Below the pieces are notes generated by a model. The model searched no databases, was not told the origin of the DNA, and worked only from the letters and a program-made list of their open reading frames with translations. A DNA stretch of 61,842 nucleotides, filler included. It is 6 parts of 6 records of this genome, joined end to end, with 100 filler letters (N's around TTAATTAATTAA, not from the genome) between each part and the next. Parts side by side here need not be neighbours in the genome. Positions count along the whole stretch, not along the records: positions 1 to 12,033 come from SRR22947727_2895; 5 more parts are not named here. One strand, written 5' to 3'. Below are positions 1-10,290 of this stretch, one piece after another (position 1 is the stretch's first letter; every line of letters starts with the position of its first letter). A program made the position numbers and the translations under genes.

Positions 1-817
1 AATTATCGTAGTTCCATAATTTTTTACCAGAAACAATTTTAGTCATTTTTTTAAAATCTATTTTTTTATCAATTTCAGCTACTTTTAATTTTCTTTTTAA
101 CCAAGCAACATCAAGATCGGTCATTTCTGCTTCAACAGCATCAGCACCCAAAGATTTAATATTTCCACCTACAAAAATTGTTCCATCATATAGGGAATCT
201 GCAAGGTTAGGACCAACGTCACCACAAATAATAATTCTTCCTCTTTGCATCATAAAACCGGTGAATGCTCCAGCATCACCTCCAATGATAATAGTACCAC
301 CTTTCATATCTATTCCTGAACGAGCACCGACGCTTCCCTTACAAATTAAGTCTCCTCCACGAATGGCTGCTCCAAAACAAGATCCAGCATTTTTTTCAAT
401 TACAACTTTTCCTGACATCATGTTTTCAGCACACGACCAACCAACTCGACCTGAAATTCTAACAACAGGGCCATCAATTGAGCCAACACCAAAATATCCA
501 AGACTACCTTCAACTATGAGATTTAATTTTTGAAGTATTCCAACTCCAAGACTGTGCTTAGCCCCTGGATTTTTTAATACAATTGTTCCATATCCTTTTT
601 TCATTAGCTCTTTTATTTTTTTATTTAATTCTAAACATTGAAGTTTCTCAGCATCGATTGTTGCTCTTTTATTAAAATCTACGTCAAAAGCGTCATTATA
701 AAAAAAATTTTCATCTTCTTCAGAATTGAAAAAAGTTTGTTGAGTCCTTCCAGTTAAAACTTCATCATGAAGACCCATACCATAAGATTTATGTTCATTT
801 TTAGTTATGCTTGCCAT
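1..817 (-). CDS. GXGXG-domain protein (glutamate synthase C-terminal/FwdC-like; N-methylglutamate synthase MgsB/GlxC-like), 3' end runs off the window
   Basis: Not in the ORF track. Manual translation from ATG at 817 (overlapping the upstream stop): MASITKNEHKSYGMGLHD...NPGAKHSLGVGIL...EGSLGYFG...SGKKLWNYDN, with repeated Gly-rich GXGXG-type segments; follows the GATase gene. Confidence 0.85.
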   Translation of the reverse strand, partial: MASITKNEHKSYGMGLHDEVLTGRTQQTFFNSEEDENFFYNDAFDVDFNKRATIDAEKLQCLELNKKIKELMKKGYGTIVLKNPGAKHSLGVGILQKLNLIVEGSLGYFGVGSIDGPVVRISGRVGWSCAENMMSGKVVIEKNAGSCFGAAIRGGDLICKGSVGARSGIDMKGGTIIIGGDAGAFTGFMMQRGRIIICGDVGPNLADSLYDGTIFVGGNIKSLGADAVEAEMTDLDVAWLKRKLKVAEIDKKIDFKKMTKIVSGKKLWNYDN

Positions 818-1746
818 ACTTTAACCTCTCCCTCATACGGATCATACGTATCAATTTCATGAGGAAGCAAACTTCTGATTGCCACCTCTTCTGATGCTAA
901 TGCAACTAATTCATCACTTTCATATAAAACCATAGGTTTTGCAGCCATATGATCTTTAGCCATTCCTAACTTATCTTTTGTAGCTACCATGTAAGTAAAA
1001 ACACCATCTAAATCTATTAGTGATGATCGCATGGCATCTTCTAACTCTTTACCATCTCTTATTTTATTAGCTAAATAAACTGCGATTAACTCTGAATCAC
1101 ATGAAGACATAAAGCGCATTCCTTTACGTTCAAGAGCCCGTCTATTATTCCAATAATTTGTTAATTGACCATTATGAACAACTGATACATCACTAAAAGG
1201 ATACGCCCAGTAAGGATGTGCAGATCTAATATCTACTCCTGACTCAGTTGCCATTCTTGTATGTCCAATTCCATGAGTCCCATTAAAGTTGTTTAAGCTA
1301 TATTGATCAGCTACAACAGATGCATCACCAAGATCCTTAATTAGCTCCAAAGATTGACCCAAAGATAAAATCTCAGTCATCTCAACAGTTTCTATTTTTT
1401 TTGCTAAGTCTAAAAGATCATCATCACACTTAATTATATAACGAAAAGAGTATGGGGTGATTTGTTCTTCTTTAAGTATTTTACCTCCAGCTTCTTCTAT
1501 CTTTATATTAACCTGAGTTTTTCTTAAATCATATAAAGAAGCATCTTCCATAACAGCAGAACTGCCTTCACCAACATTTTCACCAACCTTAAACCTTAAG
1601 ATAAAATCTTTAGATTTACCAGACCCATAAAGAGCATAGCCTGTAGAGTCAGGTCCACGATGTTTAAGTGATTGCAGCATTTTTTGCATTTCACCACCCA
1701 CATTTGTTGACTTACCCCTATGTATTATTCCAGCAATTCCGCACAT
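805..1746 (-). CDS. Class II (Ntn) glutamine amidotransferase, MgsA/GlxB-like
   Basis: N-terminal MCGIAG nucleophile, HRGPDSTG, GHTRMATES, AHPY, VVHNGQLTN, DSE motifs. Confidence 0.88.
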   Translation of the reverse strand: MCGIAGIIHRGKSTNVGGEMQKMLQSLKHRGPDSTGYALYGSGKSKDFILRFKVGENVGEGSSAVMEDASLYDLRKTQVNIKIEEAGGKILKEEQITPYSFRYIIKCDDDLLDLAKKIETVEMTEILSLGQSLELIKDLGDASVVADQYSLNNFNGTHGIGHTRMATESGVDIRSAHPYWAYPFSDVSVVHNGQLTNYWNNRRALERKGMRFMSSCDSELIAVYLANKIRDGKELEDAMRSSLIDLDGVFTYMVATKDKLGMAKDHMAAKPMVLYESDELVALASEEVAIRSLLPHEIDTYDPYEGEVKVWQA

Positions 1747-1766
1747 ATAATATCCCTTCTTTATTT

Positions 1767-3239
1767 TTATGGAAGTATATCCAAATAAGTATCAACATCC
1801 CATTGTGTGACAGCAGACAAAAACTTTTCCCACTCATCCTTTTTGTAATGCATAAATACTCTCAGCATATCTTCAGGAAGAGCAGCTTTGATTACATCAT
1901 CACTATTCAACCTCTCAATAGCCTCGCCAAGCGTCATCGGAAGTTTTTCAACTTCTTTTCCACCTTCCATTGCATCATAAATATTTTTTTTCTCTGGTTC
2001 CCCAGGATCAATTTTATTATCTAAACCATCAGCGAATGCTTTTAAAATTCCGGCTCCCATCAAATAAGGATTATGTGATGAGTCAACTGATCGGTACTCA
2101 ACACGACCAGGTGCTGATACTCTAACACTACAAGTTCTATTTTGATAACCCCAATCTGCATAAACAGGGGCCCAAAACCCAGTATCCCATAAGCGTCTAT
2201 ATGAATTTACTGTAGGTGATCCAAGACACGTTAATGCTGGTAAATGTTTAAGGAGTCCTCCAATGCTGTTGAGACCAACAGGACCTGGTTTAACAGCATC
2301 AATTTTTGGGTCAGGCATGAACATATTTTCCCCACCGTTTATATGTGTAAAAACTTGATCCATGCCTGGTAAGATTTTATTTCCAATTGGTGTAGATTTT
2401 AATTCACCACCTTTCCACAAAGATACATTAGTATGACATCCGTTTGCAGAAACACCCATAAACGGTTTACTCATGAAACATGCAATCAAATTAAATTCCC
2501 TTGCTACTTGAGCACAAATTTGACGATATGTAGTTAATCTATCTGCGTTTCGTAAAACATCGTCATACATAAAGTTTAATTCTAGCTGACCTGGCGCATC
2601 TTCATGATCACCTTGAATGACGTCAAGACCCATAGCTCGGCAGTAATCAATAACCTTCATATAAACAGGTCTTAAAGACTCAAACTGATCAATATGATAA
2701 CAATATGGTCTAGAGAAACCATCTCCAGTTGGTTCACCATTATCTTTTTTTGTTAACCACATCATTTCAGGCTCAGTTCCCGCACGCATATTCATTCCAT
2801 ATTTAGTTTGAAACTCATCTTGAATAATTTTTAAATTTCCTCGACAATCAGAAGTTAAATGCCCACCTGGATTTTCTTCTTCTTCTCTATTTCTAAAACA
2901 AGTACACCATACTCTCGCAACTCTTTTATCCCAAGGTAGTTGTACAAATGTATCAGGCTCTGGAATTCCTACAAGCTCTGAAGATTCTGGCCCGTAACCA
3001 ATATAGTCACCGTGTCTATCTACAAACAAATTTGCGGTCGCGCCATAAACTAACTGAAAACCTTTTTCAGCCATTGACTCCCAGTGATCTGCCGGAACAC
3101 CCTTACCAACAATTCTACCTGTAACAGAAACAAATTGATAATATATGTATGTTATTCCAAGCTCATCAATTTTTTTTCTTACGTCTTTAACTAATTTATC
3201 TCTACCTGATTGATTTACAAAATTTTCTAAATCTGTCAT
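1767..3239 (-). CDS. Glutamine synthetase-like gamma-glutamyl-amine ligase (GmaS/GlnT-like, divergent)
   Basis: GS catalytic motifs GTEPE, DHEDAPGQLELN, FMSKPF...NGCHTNVSL, NSYRRL, NRT..RV, RVEYRSVD..NPYL; operon with GATase and GXGXG genes. Confidence 0.85.
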   Translation of the reverse strand: MTDLENFVNQSGRDKLVKDVRKKIDELGITYIYYQFVSVTGRIVGKGVPADHWESMAEKGFQLVYGATANLFVDRHGDYIGYGPESSELVGIPEPDTFVQLPWDKRVARVWCTCFRNREEEENPGGHLTSDCRGNLKIIQDEFQTKYGMNMRAGTEPEMMWLTKKDNGEPTGDGFSRPYCYHIDQFESLRPVYMKVIDYCRAMGLDVIQGDHEDAPGQLELNFMYDDVLRNADRLTTYRQICAQVAREFNLIACFMSKPFMGVSANGCHTNVSLWKGGELKSTPIGNKILPGMDQVFTHINGGENMFMPDPKIDAVKPGPVGLNSIGGLLKHLPALTCLGSPTVNSYRRLWDTGFWAPVYADWGYQNRTCSVRVSAPGRVEYRSVDSSHNPYLMGAGILKAFADGLDNKIDPGEPEKKNIYDAMEGGKEVEKLPMTLGEAIERLNSDDVIKAALPEDMLRVFMHYKKDEWEKFLSAVTQWDVDTYLDILP

Positions 3240-3281
3240 TTTTACCCCCCCTTTAAAATATTAGTAACATTCAACAACAAA

Positions 3282-4628
3282 TTAACTCCACGGAAAAGGA
3301 CTATTTGAAGTTGGATGTAATTTACCTTGTTCATATCTTGAAAAACGAAAAGGCTCCAATAAAGAAGATTTCTCTCCTAAAACCTCATCTGCTACGAGCT
3401 TACCAACTCCAATCATTTTGTATCCATGATTTGAGTCAGCTATCATGTAAACATTTTCTCTAAATTGATCAAAAACAGGGAATGAGTCAGGTGTAAAACA
3501 ACCTAATCCTCCTGTTGCTCCTTTTTTAAACAAATGAGATTTTCCCTCAAATCTTTTATGGCAAAATGCTAATGCTGAAGTCCACATATCTCCGAACTCA
3601 TCACTAATTACAAAGTCAGCAGATTTAGGTCCATATGGATCAACGTTAATTCCTTCACCACCTGGTTGACCTACTTTATAAGGAGAGGCGCCACCTTGAA
3701 TGCCATTAAAATGAAAATCTGGTTTATAATAAATTCCCCATAACTTATCTGTGATTAAACTTTTATCTGTATCTGAATAAAGAGGCGCATCAGTATCCAC
3801 ATGAATAACTGGTGGCATATCACCACTATCAGTTTTAAGAAAATCTGGATCTACTCTTAACACCCCTTCAGTTAGCATCCAATAATGCCACATAGGTACG
3901 TTGGTATTCAATTTACCATCAGATCCTTTTATAGATATTTGATTAGGTAATTCTAACATATCCCAAAAAGACTTTGCCCAAGGTCCTGCTCCCACAATTA
4001 CGTGATCACATTTAATTAAACCTTTATCAGTTTCTACTCCCGTAACTGCACTTGAATTAGATCCATATTGAAAGCCTTTAACAGTTGTTCCAGTTAAGAT
4101 TCTTACTCCCTCTGCCTCGGCTTTATTTGCTAAGCCATATATAGCAGATGTATTGTTGGCATACCCACCTCGTTTCTCATGCAAAACACTCGTGATACCT
4201 TTAGCCTGCCAATCACCAAACATTTTTTTCATATAATTAGCAGAGTCTTTTTCGCCTTGAATGAATACTGAGTCATATCCAATATTTTTTTGCTGCGCAT
4301 ATATTTCAGCAACATCTTCTTCCATACATTCAGGACTAATTTGCATATACCCAACATCATGATAGTGGAAATTTTTTGCATCACTCTCCCATACATCTAC
4401 ACACAAAGCCATTAACTCTCTCATCGCAGGTTGATAATAATTATTTCTTACAACTCCGCAGGCTATACCACTTGCTCCAGCAGCAATACTATCTTTATCT
4501 ATCACAACAATTTTAGAGCCATCTCCTTTGCCTTTAGCTTTCAATTTAGCAGCAAGATGCCATGCAGTGCTTAGGCCATGAATACCAGCACCTATGATAA
4601 CGTAATCAACTTTTTCTGGAAAAGCCAT
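3282..4628 (-). CDS. FAD-dependent amine oxidoreductase (DAO/sarcosine oxidase beta/MgdA-like family)
   Basis: IIGAGIHGLSTAWHLA FAD-binding motif, GAGPW, FTPDSFPV, HGYKM, C-terminal PFRFSRY. Confidence 0.85.
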   Translation of the reverse strand: MAFPEKVDYVIIGAGIHGLSTAWHLAAKLKAKGKGDGSKIVVIDKDSIAAGASGIACGVVRNNYYQPAMRELMALCVDVWESDAKNFHYHDVGYMQISPECMEEDVAEIYAQQKNIGYDSVFIQGEKDSANYMKKMFGDWQAKGITSVLHEKRGGYANNTSAIYGLANKAEAEGVRILTGTTVKGFQYGSNSSAVTGVETDKGLIKCDHVIVGAGPWAKSFWDMLELPNQISIKGSDGKLNTNVPMWHYWMLTEGVLRVDPDFLKTDSGDMPPVIHVDTDAPLYSDTDKSLITDKLWGIYYKPDFHFNGIQGGASPYKVGQPGGEGINVDPYGPKSADFVISDEFGDMWTSALAFCHKRFEGKSHLFKKGATGGLGCFTPDSFPVFDQFRENVYMIADSNHGYKMIGVGKLVADEVLGEKSSLLEPFRFSRYEQGKLHPTSNSPFPWS

Positions 4629-4693
4629 AGAATATTCCTTTGCAAAATTTTTTCTTAATGGTTTATTTTAAAGTAATATTTCCTTAAAGTAAC

Positions 4694-4712
4694 TGTTTCA
4701 GCAGTTGAAACA
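4694..4712. promoter_or_regulatory. Palindromic operator candidate TGTTTCA-N5-TGAAACA
   Basis: Perfect 7-bp inverted repeat upstream of the 4628 operon start; related copies at 10291 and 6448. Confidence 0.55.
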
Positions 4713-4714
4713 TC

Positions 4715-5476
4715 TTAACTTTCTTGAAGTTTTTTTGAAATCATTTTAGCTGTATTAGTAACTCTATTAGCTAATTCAGGAACAGTTTTAACATTAATAC
4801 TTCCTTTAGTTCCTGAAATTGCAATTCCTGCGATTGCTCTATTTTGCATATCCATTATTGGTGCGCCGATTCCATATACATAATCAAATGTTTCAGCCTC
4901 ATTAAGACTATATCCATTTTTTCTAATTCTATCTAAATTTGCATATAACTTATCAAGAGAAGTTATTGTATTGGATGTATGTTTGTGAAGAGAGTAACTT
5001 TTATAAATCTCTCTTAACTCATCTCGTGATTTAAAAGCAAGAATTGCTTTTCCTAAAGCACAACTATGCGCATCTAGTCTCATTCTAAAAGCTCTTGGTG
5101 CATTTTCCCCTAAAGGATCAACTTTATCACAATAAACAATATGAGGACCTTCTAAGACAGCTAAATAAGTTATGTGATTAGTGTCATAAGATAGGTTTTT
5201 AATGTGCTCAAAACATAAAGTTGTAAGTGTTTTAAGAAAATCTGACTTGTCACCGAACTCAAATATTTTATGCCCTAACGTATATAAATTATTTGAAGTA
5301 TCTTTAAACACGTAACCAAGACTTGTAAGATAAGTTAAAATTCTAAAAGCTGTTGCCCTATCTAATTTTGTTATGGATGCCACTTGGCTTGCTTTAAGAG
5401 GTTTTGGTGATTTACCAACACATTCTATTATTGCCAGAGCTTTTTTTATTGATCCACTAAGATAATTACGAGTCAT
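4715..5476 (-). CDS. IclR-family transcriptional regulator
   Basis: N-terminal HTH (SIKKALAIIE...LDRATAFRILTYL..LGYV); C-terminal effector domain with HSCALGKAILA, GYSLN.E, GIGAPI, AIAISG. Confidence 0.93.
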   Translation of the reverse strand: MTRNYLSGSIKKALAIIECVGKSPKPLKASQVASITKLDRATAFRILTYLTSLGYVFKDTSNNLYTLGHKIFEFGDKSDFLKTLTTLCFEHIKNLSYDTNHITYLAVLEGPHIVYCDKVDPLGENAPRAFRMRLDAHSCALGKAILAFKSRDELREIYKSYSLHKHTSNTITSLDKLYANLDRIRKNGYSLNEAETFDYVYGIGAPIMDMQNRAIAGIAISGTKGSINVKTVPELANRVTNTAKMISKKLQES

Positions 5477-5547
5477 ATTTTTTTATGAAGAATATATATA
5501 TTTATTAGAGAATTGTTTGAAATAAAATATGATATATTGAATAATGT

Positions 5548-6417
5548 ATGGATAAAAATATTATCAAAAAAATATCTAATGTTAAATTTTGGAAAAATGA
5601 AATTAACATCTCCCCAGTTACCGGAGGTATTACAAATAAAAATTTTCTTGTAAATGATGGTAATCAAAAATTTTTTGTTAGAATTGGAAATGATATTCCA
5701 GAACATTTAATTTATAGATCAAATGAAGTGGAGGCTAGTAAAGCTGCATCTAAAATTAACATTTGTCCAAAGTTATTATATCATAACAATTCTTTACAAA
5801 TCTTTAAATTTATTGAAGGCAAAACATTTAACTCAAATGATATAAAAAAAAATTTAGAAGAAATTACTAAACTCATAAAAAAAGTTCATATAAAAATTCC
5901 AAATGAACTTAAGGGGCAATCAGTAATTTTTTGGGTTTTTCATGTAATAAAAAATTACAGCAATTTTTTAGAAAGTAATCAAAGCTCATATATAAAAATT
6001 CTTCCAGAGCTTTTAAAAAAATCTAGTAATTTAGAAAATGTATCATCACCCTTTGACATTGTTTTTAGTCACAATGATTTGCTTCCAGCAAACTTTATTA
6101 AGGACAAAGATCAGATATGGTTAATTGATTGGGAATACGCAGGTTTCAATACTCCTTTATTTGATTTAGGTGGACTTGCCTCTAATAATGATTTTTCAGA
6201 GAATGAAGAAAAAAATCTATTAGAAATGTATTTTGAAAGAAAATTATCATCAGAGTTACTTATTAAATTTAAAGCAATTAAATGCGCATCATTATTACGA
6301 GAAGCAATGTGGAGTATGGTATCTGAAATAACTTCCGATATTGAATTTGATTATGAGAGCTATACTTCTGAAAATTTATCAAAATTTAATCAAGCATTTA
6401 ATGAAGAATTTAAATAA
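5548..6417 (+). CDS. Choline/ethanolamine kinase-like phosphotransferase (APH/ChoK family)
   Basis: GGITNKNF, Brenner motif FSHNDLLPANF, LIDWEYAG, FDLG. Confidence 0.88.
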   Translation: MDKNIIKKISNVKFWKNEINISPVTGGITNKNFLVNDGNQKFFVRIGNDIPEHLIYRSNEVEASKAASKINICPKLLYHNNSLQIFKFIEGKTFNSNDIKKNLEEITKLIKKVHIKIPNELKGQSVIFWVFHVIKNYSNFLESNQSSYIKILPELLKKSSNLENVSSPFDIVFSHNDLLPANFIKDKDQIWLIDWEYAGFNTPLFDLGGLASNNDFSENEEKNLLEMYFERKLSSELLIKFKAIKCASLLREAMWSMVSEITSDIEFDYESYTSENLSKFNQAFNEEFK

Positions 6418-6447
6418 TTTGAGTTTTTGCATAGATATATTAGAATA

Positions 6448-6466
6448 ATTTTCACTATTTAAAACA
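6448..6466. promoter_or_regulatory. Degenerate copy of the TGTTTCA-N5-TGAAACA operator upstream of tdm
   Basis: ATTTTCA-CTATT-TAAAACA, 11/14 match, 40 nt before the tdm ATG. Confidence 0.35.
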
Positions 6467-6506
6467 AACAATAGATTAAGTAATAAAAAATAGAGAAGAT
6501 AGTTTT

Positions 6507-8864
6507 ATGAATATCGACATTAGCAAGTATCCTGTTCGAAGATCTAATCCTATTATCCATGGATCTTATGGACTTCCGACTGATACAGAGAGATATATAG
6601 TCAAAGGACAGGGATTAATTGGTATCGATTTAGATAAAGGGGATAATTTATATTTTAAAAATTTAGAAGGTAATCAAGTTTGTGAAATAACTATTTTTGA
6701 TCAACAGGGAAATAATAATCAAAACGTAATTGGAGAAAAAAAGAAAATAGAAGATTCTTTTCTTAAACAAGTTTTAAAAAAAAGCTCAGATAAATTTTAT
6801 TTGATTCAAAAATTAAAGAACAAAAAAATCAATCTTAATAATTTTTCATCATCTCTACTTTTTAATGAAAGCTCAAAAAGAAATGATAGTGCAGAAATAT
6901 CAATTTCTGAAAATTGTTTTGTGGTCCTTGCATGTCCTGGAGAGAATATGATTGTTGGTAATCAAAATCCTCCTACTGATATTGAAGTTTTAGTTAAAAA
7001 AATAAATCCAAAAAATAATAAGTTAGAGAGAATCTTACCAGAACCTTTAGCAACTCCTAAAGATGAAATATTAATAAAAGATAGTTCTGCAAGCGCTTAT
7101 GAAGTAAAAAAGGGAGACTATATCCAAATCATAGATTTGTATGGCAGACAATGTTCAGATTTTATGGCCTTTGATAGTAAGGGCCTTCAACATGGTGAGG
7201 AATTATCGATTGATACCACGGCAAGTAGAGCGATTGTGGGGGGAGCATACGCAATGCCTGGCCTACATTCAAAATATTTTGATAAAAATTTAGAACCACT
7301 TGTGGAAGTGGTACAAGATACAATTGGTCGTCATGATACTTTTGGTACGGCTTGCACAAGAAAATTATATGAAGACCTGGGTTATTTTGGACATATTAAT
7401 TGTTCAGATAATTTTAATTATGCTCTTGATAAATATGGTGTTGGAAAGCGAAATGGTTGGGCAGCTATAAATTTATTTTTTAATACAGGTATAGACGCAA
7501 ACAATGTAATTTACTCCGACATGCCTTGGTCTCGAGCTGGTGACTATGTTCTTTTTCAAGCCCAAAAAGATCTTGTGTGTGTTTCCTCAGGATGTCCTGA
7601 TGATATAGATACTGCAAATGACTGGAACCCTACTGATATATACGTTAGGGTTTATTCAGAAAAAAATAGATTTTCAAAATCTATCGGTTATAGAAAAAAT
7701 GCTGGGAGTGATTTTATGTTAACAAAGGAAACAGGTTTTCACCCAAGAACATCTCAATTAACTAATGATATGATGGACTCATCAGGATTTTGGATTCCAA
7801 ATAAATTTAATAATTATGGGACTATTAAAGAATATACAGAATGCAGAAACAATGTTGTAATGATGGATCTGTCCTCATTAAGAAAGTTTGAAGTTGTAGG
7901 ACCCGATGCAGAAGAATTACTCAATGTTGCCCTTACTAGAAACATCAAAAAATTATCAATTGGTCAAGTAGTATACACAGCGATGTGTTATGAAAATGGA
8001 ACTATGATTGATGACGGCACACTATATAAATTAGGTGATCATAACTTTAGATGGATTTGTGGAAGTGATTATTCAGGAGAGTGGTTAACTAAGTTAAGTG
8101 ATGAATTAAAACTTCACGTAAATATAAAATCTTCTACAGACCATCTTCATAATATTTCAGTTCAAGGACCAAATAGTAGAAAAGTCATATCTAAAATAAT
8201 ATGGACACCTCCTGCTCAACCTAATGTCAATAATTTAGATTGGTTTCATTTTACAATTAGTCGGATTGGTGATCATACTGGAATTCCTATTATGCTATCT
8301 AGAACAGGTTACACTGGAGAACTTGGCTATGAAATTTACTGTCATCCTAATGATGCACCAGACGTCTGGGATGCTGTATGGGAAGCTGGTCAAGAATTTA
8401 ATATATCTCCTATGGGATTTGAGGCTCTTGATATGCTTAGAATTGAGGCAGGGTTAATTTTAGGAGGTCATGAGTTTAGTGATGAAACTGATCCTTTCGA
8501 AGCCGGAATAAGTTTTACAGTCCCTCTTAAATCTAAAGAACAAAATTTTATTGGTAAGGAAGCATTGATAGAAAGAAAAGCTCATCCTCATAAAAAATTA
8601 GTTGGTCTAGAGATAGAAGGTAATGAAAAAGTTAATCATGGAGATTGTGTACACTTAGGTAGAGCTCAAGTTGGGATTATAACTAGTGGAACAATTTCCC
8701 CAACTCTAAACAAAAATATAGCCTTATGTCGAATAGATATTCGCTCATCAGAGTTAGGTACTGCGCTTGAAATTGGTAAACTGGATGGACATCAAAAAAG
8801 AATACCAGCAAAAGTTGTCAGCTTTCCATTTTATGACCCTACTAAAAGCAGAGTCAGGACTTAA
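6507..8864 (+). CDS. tdm: Trimethylamine N-oxide demethylase (DUF1989 + GcvT aminomethyltransferase)
   Basis: N-terminal DUF1989-type region with GRQCSDF, GRHDTFGTAC, NCSDN, CPDDID; C-terminal GCV_T motifs (DLSSLRKFEVVGPDA, SRTGYTGELGYE, LRIEAGL); adjacent to tmm and tmoX. Confidence 0.9.
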   Translation: MNIDISKYPVRRSNPIIHGSYGLPTDTERYIVKGQGLIGIDLDKGDNLYFKNLEGNQVCEITIFDQQGNNNQNVIGEKKKIEDSFLKQVLKKSSDKFYLIQKLKNKKINLNNFSSSLLFNESSKRNDSAEISISENCFVVLACPGENMIVGNQNPPTDIEVLVKKINPKNNKLERILPEPLATPKDEILIKDSSASAYEVKKGDYIQIIDLYGRQCSDFMAFDSKGLQHGEELSIDTTASRAIVGGAYAMPGLHSKYFDKNLEPLVEVVQDTIGRHDTFGTACTRKLYEDLGYFGHINCSDNFNYALDKYGVGKRNGWAAINLFFNTGIDANNVIYSDMPWSRAGDYVLFQAQKDLVCVSSGCPDDIDTANDWNPTDIYVRVYSEKNRFSKSIGYRKNAGSDFMLTKETGFHPRTSQLTNDMMDSSGFWIPNKFNNYGTIKEYTECRNNVVMMDLSSLRKFEVVGPDAEELLNVALTRNIKKLSIGQVVYTAMCYENGTMIDDGTLYKLGDHNFRWICGSDYSGEWLTKLSDELKLHVNIKSSTDHLHNISVQGPNSRKVISKIIWTPPAQPNVNNLDWFHFTISRIGDHTGIPIMLSRTGYTGELGYEIYCHPNDAPDVWDAVWEAGQEFNISPMGFEALDMLRIEAGLILGGHEFSDETDPFEAGISFTVPLKSKEQNFIGKEALIERKAHPHKKLVGLEIEGNEKVNHGDCVHLGRAQVGIITSGTISPTLNKNIALCRIDIRSSELGTALEIGKLDGHQKRIPAKVVSFPFYDPTKSRVRT

Positions 8865-8896
8865 AAAGTCTCTCGTTTAAACAAAGTAAATTCTAA

Positions 8897-10231
8897 TTAT
8901 TTAGATTTCATAAAAGTTTCCATCGAATCATCCATAGCTTCTGCCCATGATGTGTGATGAATAGGTGCAACTGTCCCTGTTACTGCTGATGAAAAAGAAT
9001 TATTTCTATAAGTCATAATATCTTCTTCTTTATGATGTTCCCACACCTTGAAATTTTTTCTAATTAATTCAAAATCAATTGCTGGATAATCAGATAAGGA
9101 ATGTAAATCTTTTGTGTACTCTGTTTGAAAATCTATCATTTGAATTGGATCCCTTAACGCCTCTTCTTCTGATACCCATTTATTGATATCAATATTGATA
9201 TCTTCATCTTTAGGCATTTTCATTTTATCCATAATAACATCTCTTGCGAACCATGCTTGACAATCAAACATATTAAAAGTGTGAAACTGATCTTGCATAC
9301 CTAAATACATCAATTTATGATTATCTTGCCATACAACACCTTTATATAACTTAGGTGGATATAATCTATTAACCGTTTTAAGCCTCAAGGACTCATCAAG
9401 AAAAGGAAAATGATGCAAATAGCCACTGCATAAAATTATAGCATCAGCATTTTGTTCATGACCATCTTTGAAGATTGCTTTATTTCCTTCTAACCTATCT
9501 AAGTGATGAACTTCTTTCATACCATCTGGCCATTTAAATCCCATGGGGTTGTGACGATATCCAATGGTGACAGATTTTGCACCATACTTATAACATTGAA
9601 GTGCTATATCCTCAGCAGAGTAGCTACTACCCAAAACTACAACATCTTTATTTCTAAACTCTTCTGCATCTCTAAAATCATGACCATGTAAAATTCTGCC
9701 AGGGAAAGATTTCATTCCTTCATATTCAGGTGTGTATGGTACAGAAAAATGACCCGACGCAACAATAAGATAATCATAATTATTTGATGTAATAGTGTTA
9801 TTTTTTTTATTTAAGGCAGAAACTTCAAATTGATTTCCATTATATTTTACCTCTTTAACTGTAGTATTAAATTGTATATATTTTTTTATGTTAGCTTTTT
9901 TTGCTCTTCCTAAAATATAATCATATAAAACTTCTCTTGGTGGAAATGAAGGTATAGGTTGTTTAAAATGTTCATCAAAAGAATAGTCTGCAAACTCTAA
10001 ACATTCTTTTGGTCCATTAGACCACAAGTAACGATACATACTATTTGGAATAGTGTCACCATATTGATCAGAGCCTGTTCTCCAACTATAATTCCATAGC
10101 CCTCCCCAATCTTCTTGTTTCTCATAGCAAACTATTTCAGGAATTTTTTGACCCTTTTCCTCGGCTTGTTGAAATGCTCTTAACAATGATAATCCACAGG
10201 GACCTGAGCCTATAATTGCAACTTTTGTCAT
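8897..10231 (-). CDS. tmm: Trimethylamine monooxygenase (bacterial FMO)
   Basis: GSGPCG, WGGLWNY, SMYRYLWSNGPKECLEF, FMO fingerprint FPGRILHGHDF, GSSYSAED. Confidence 0.95.
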   Translation of the reverse strand: MTKVAIIGSGPCGLSLLRAFQQAEEKGQKIPEIVCYEKQEDWGGLWNYSWRTGSDQYGDTIPNSMYRYLWSNGPKECLEFADYSFDEHFKQPIPSFPPREVLYDYILGRAKKANIKKYIQFNTTVKEVKYNGNQFEVSALNKKNNTITSNNYDYLIVASGHFSVPYTPEYEGMKSFPGRILHGHDFRDAEEFRNKDVVVLGSSYSAEDIALQCYKYGAKSVTIGYRHNPMGFKWPDGMKEVHHLDRLEGNKAIFKDGHEQNADAIILCSGYLHHFPFLDESLRLKTVNRLYPPKLYKGVVWQDNHKLMYLGMQDQFHTFNMFDCQAWFARDVIMDKMKMPKDEDINIDINKWVSEEEALRDPIQMIDFQTEYTKDLHSLSDYPAIDFELIRKNFKVWEHHKEEDIMTYRNNSFSSAVTGTVAPIHHTSWAEAMDDSMETFMKSK

Positions 10232-10290
10232 TTTTCCTCCAAAACTAATTCAAATTTATCCTATTAAAAATAAGTACGAATGGAAAAACT

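Noticed and set aside
261-533. 90-aa + strand ORF
   Set aside because: Antisense shadow of the GXGXG gene (1-817, minus), which the ORF track missed because it runs off the edge
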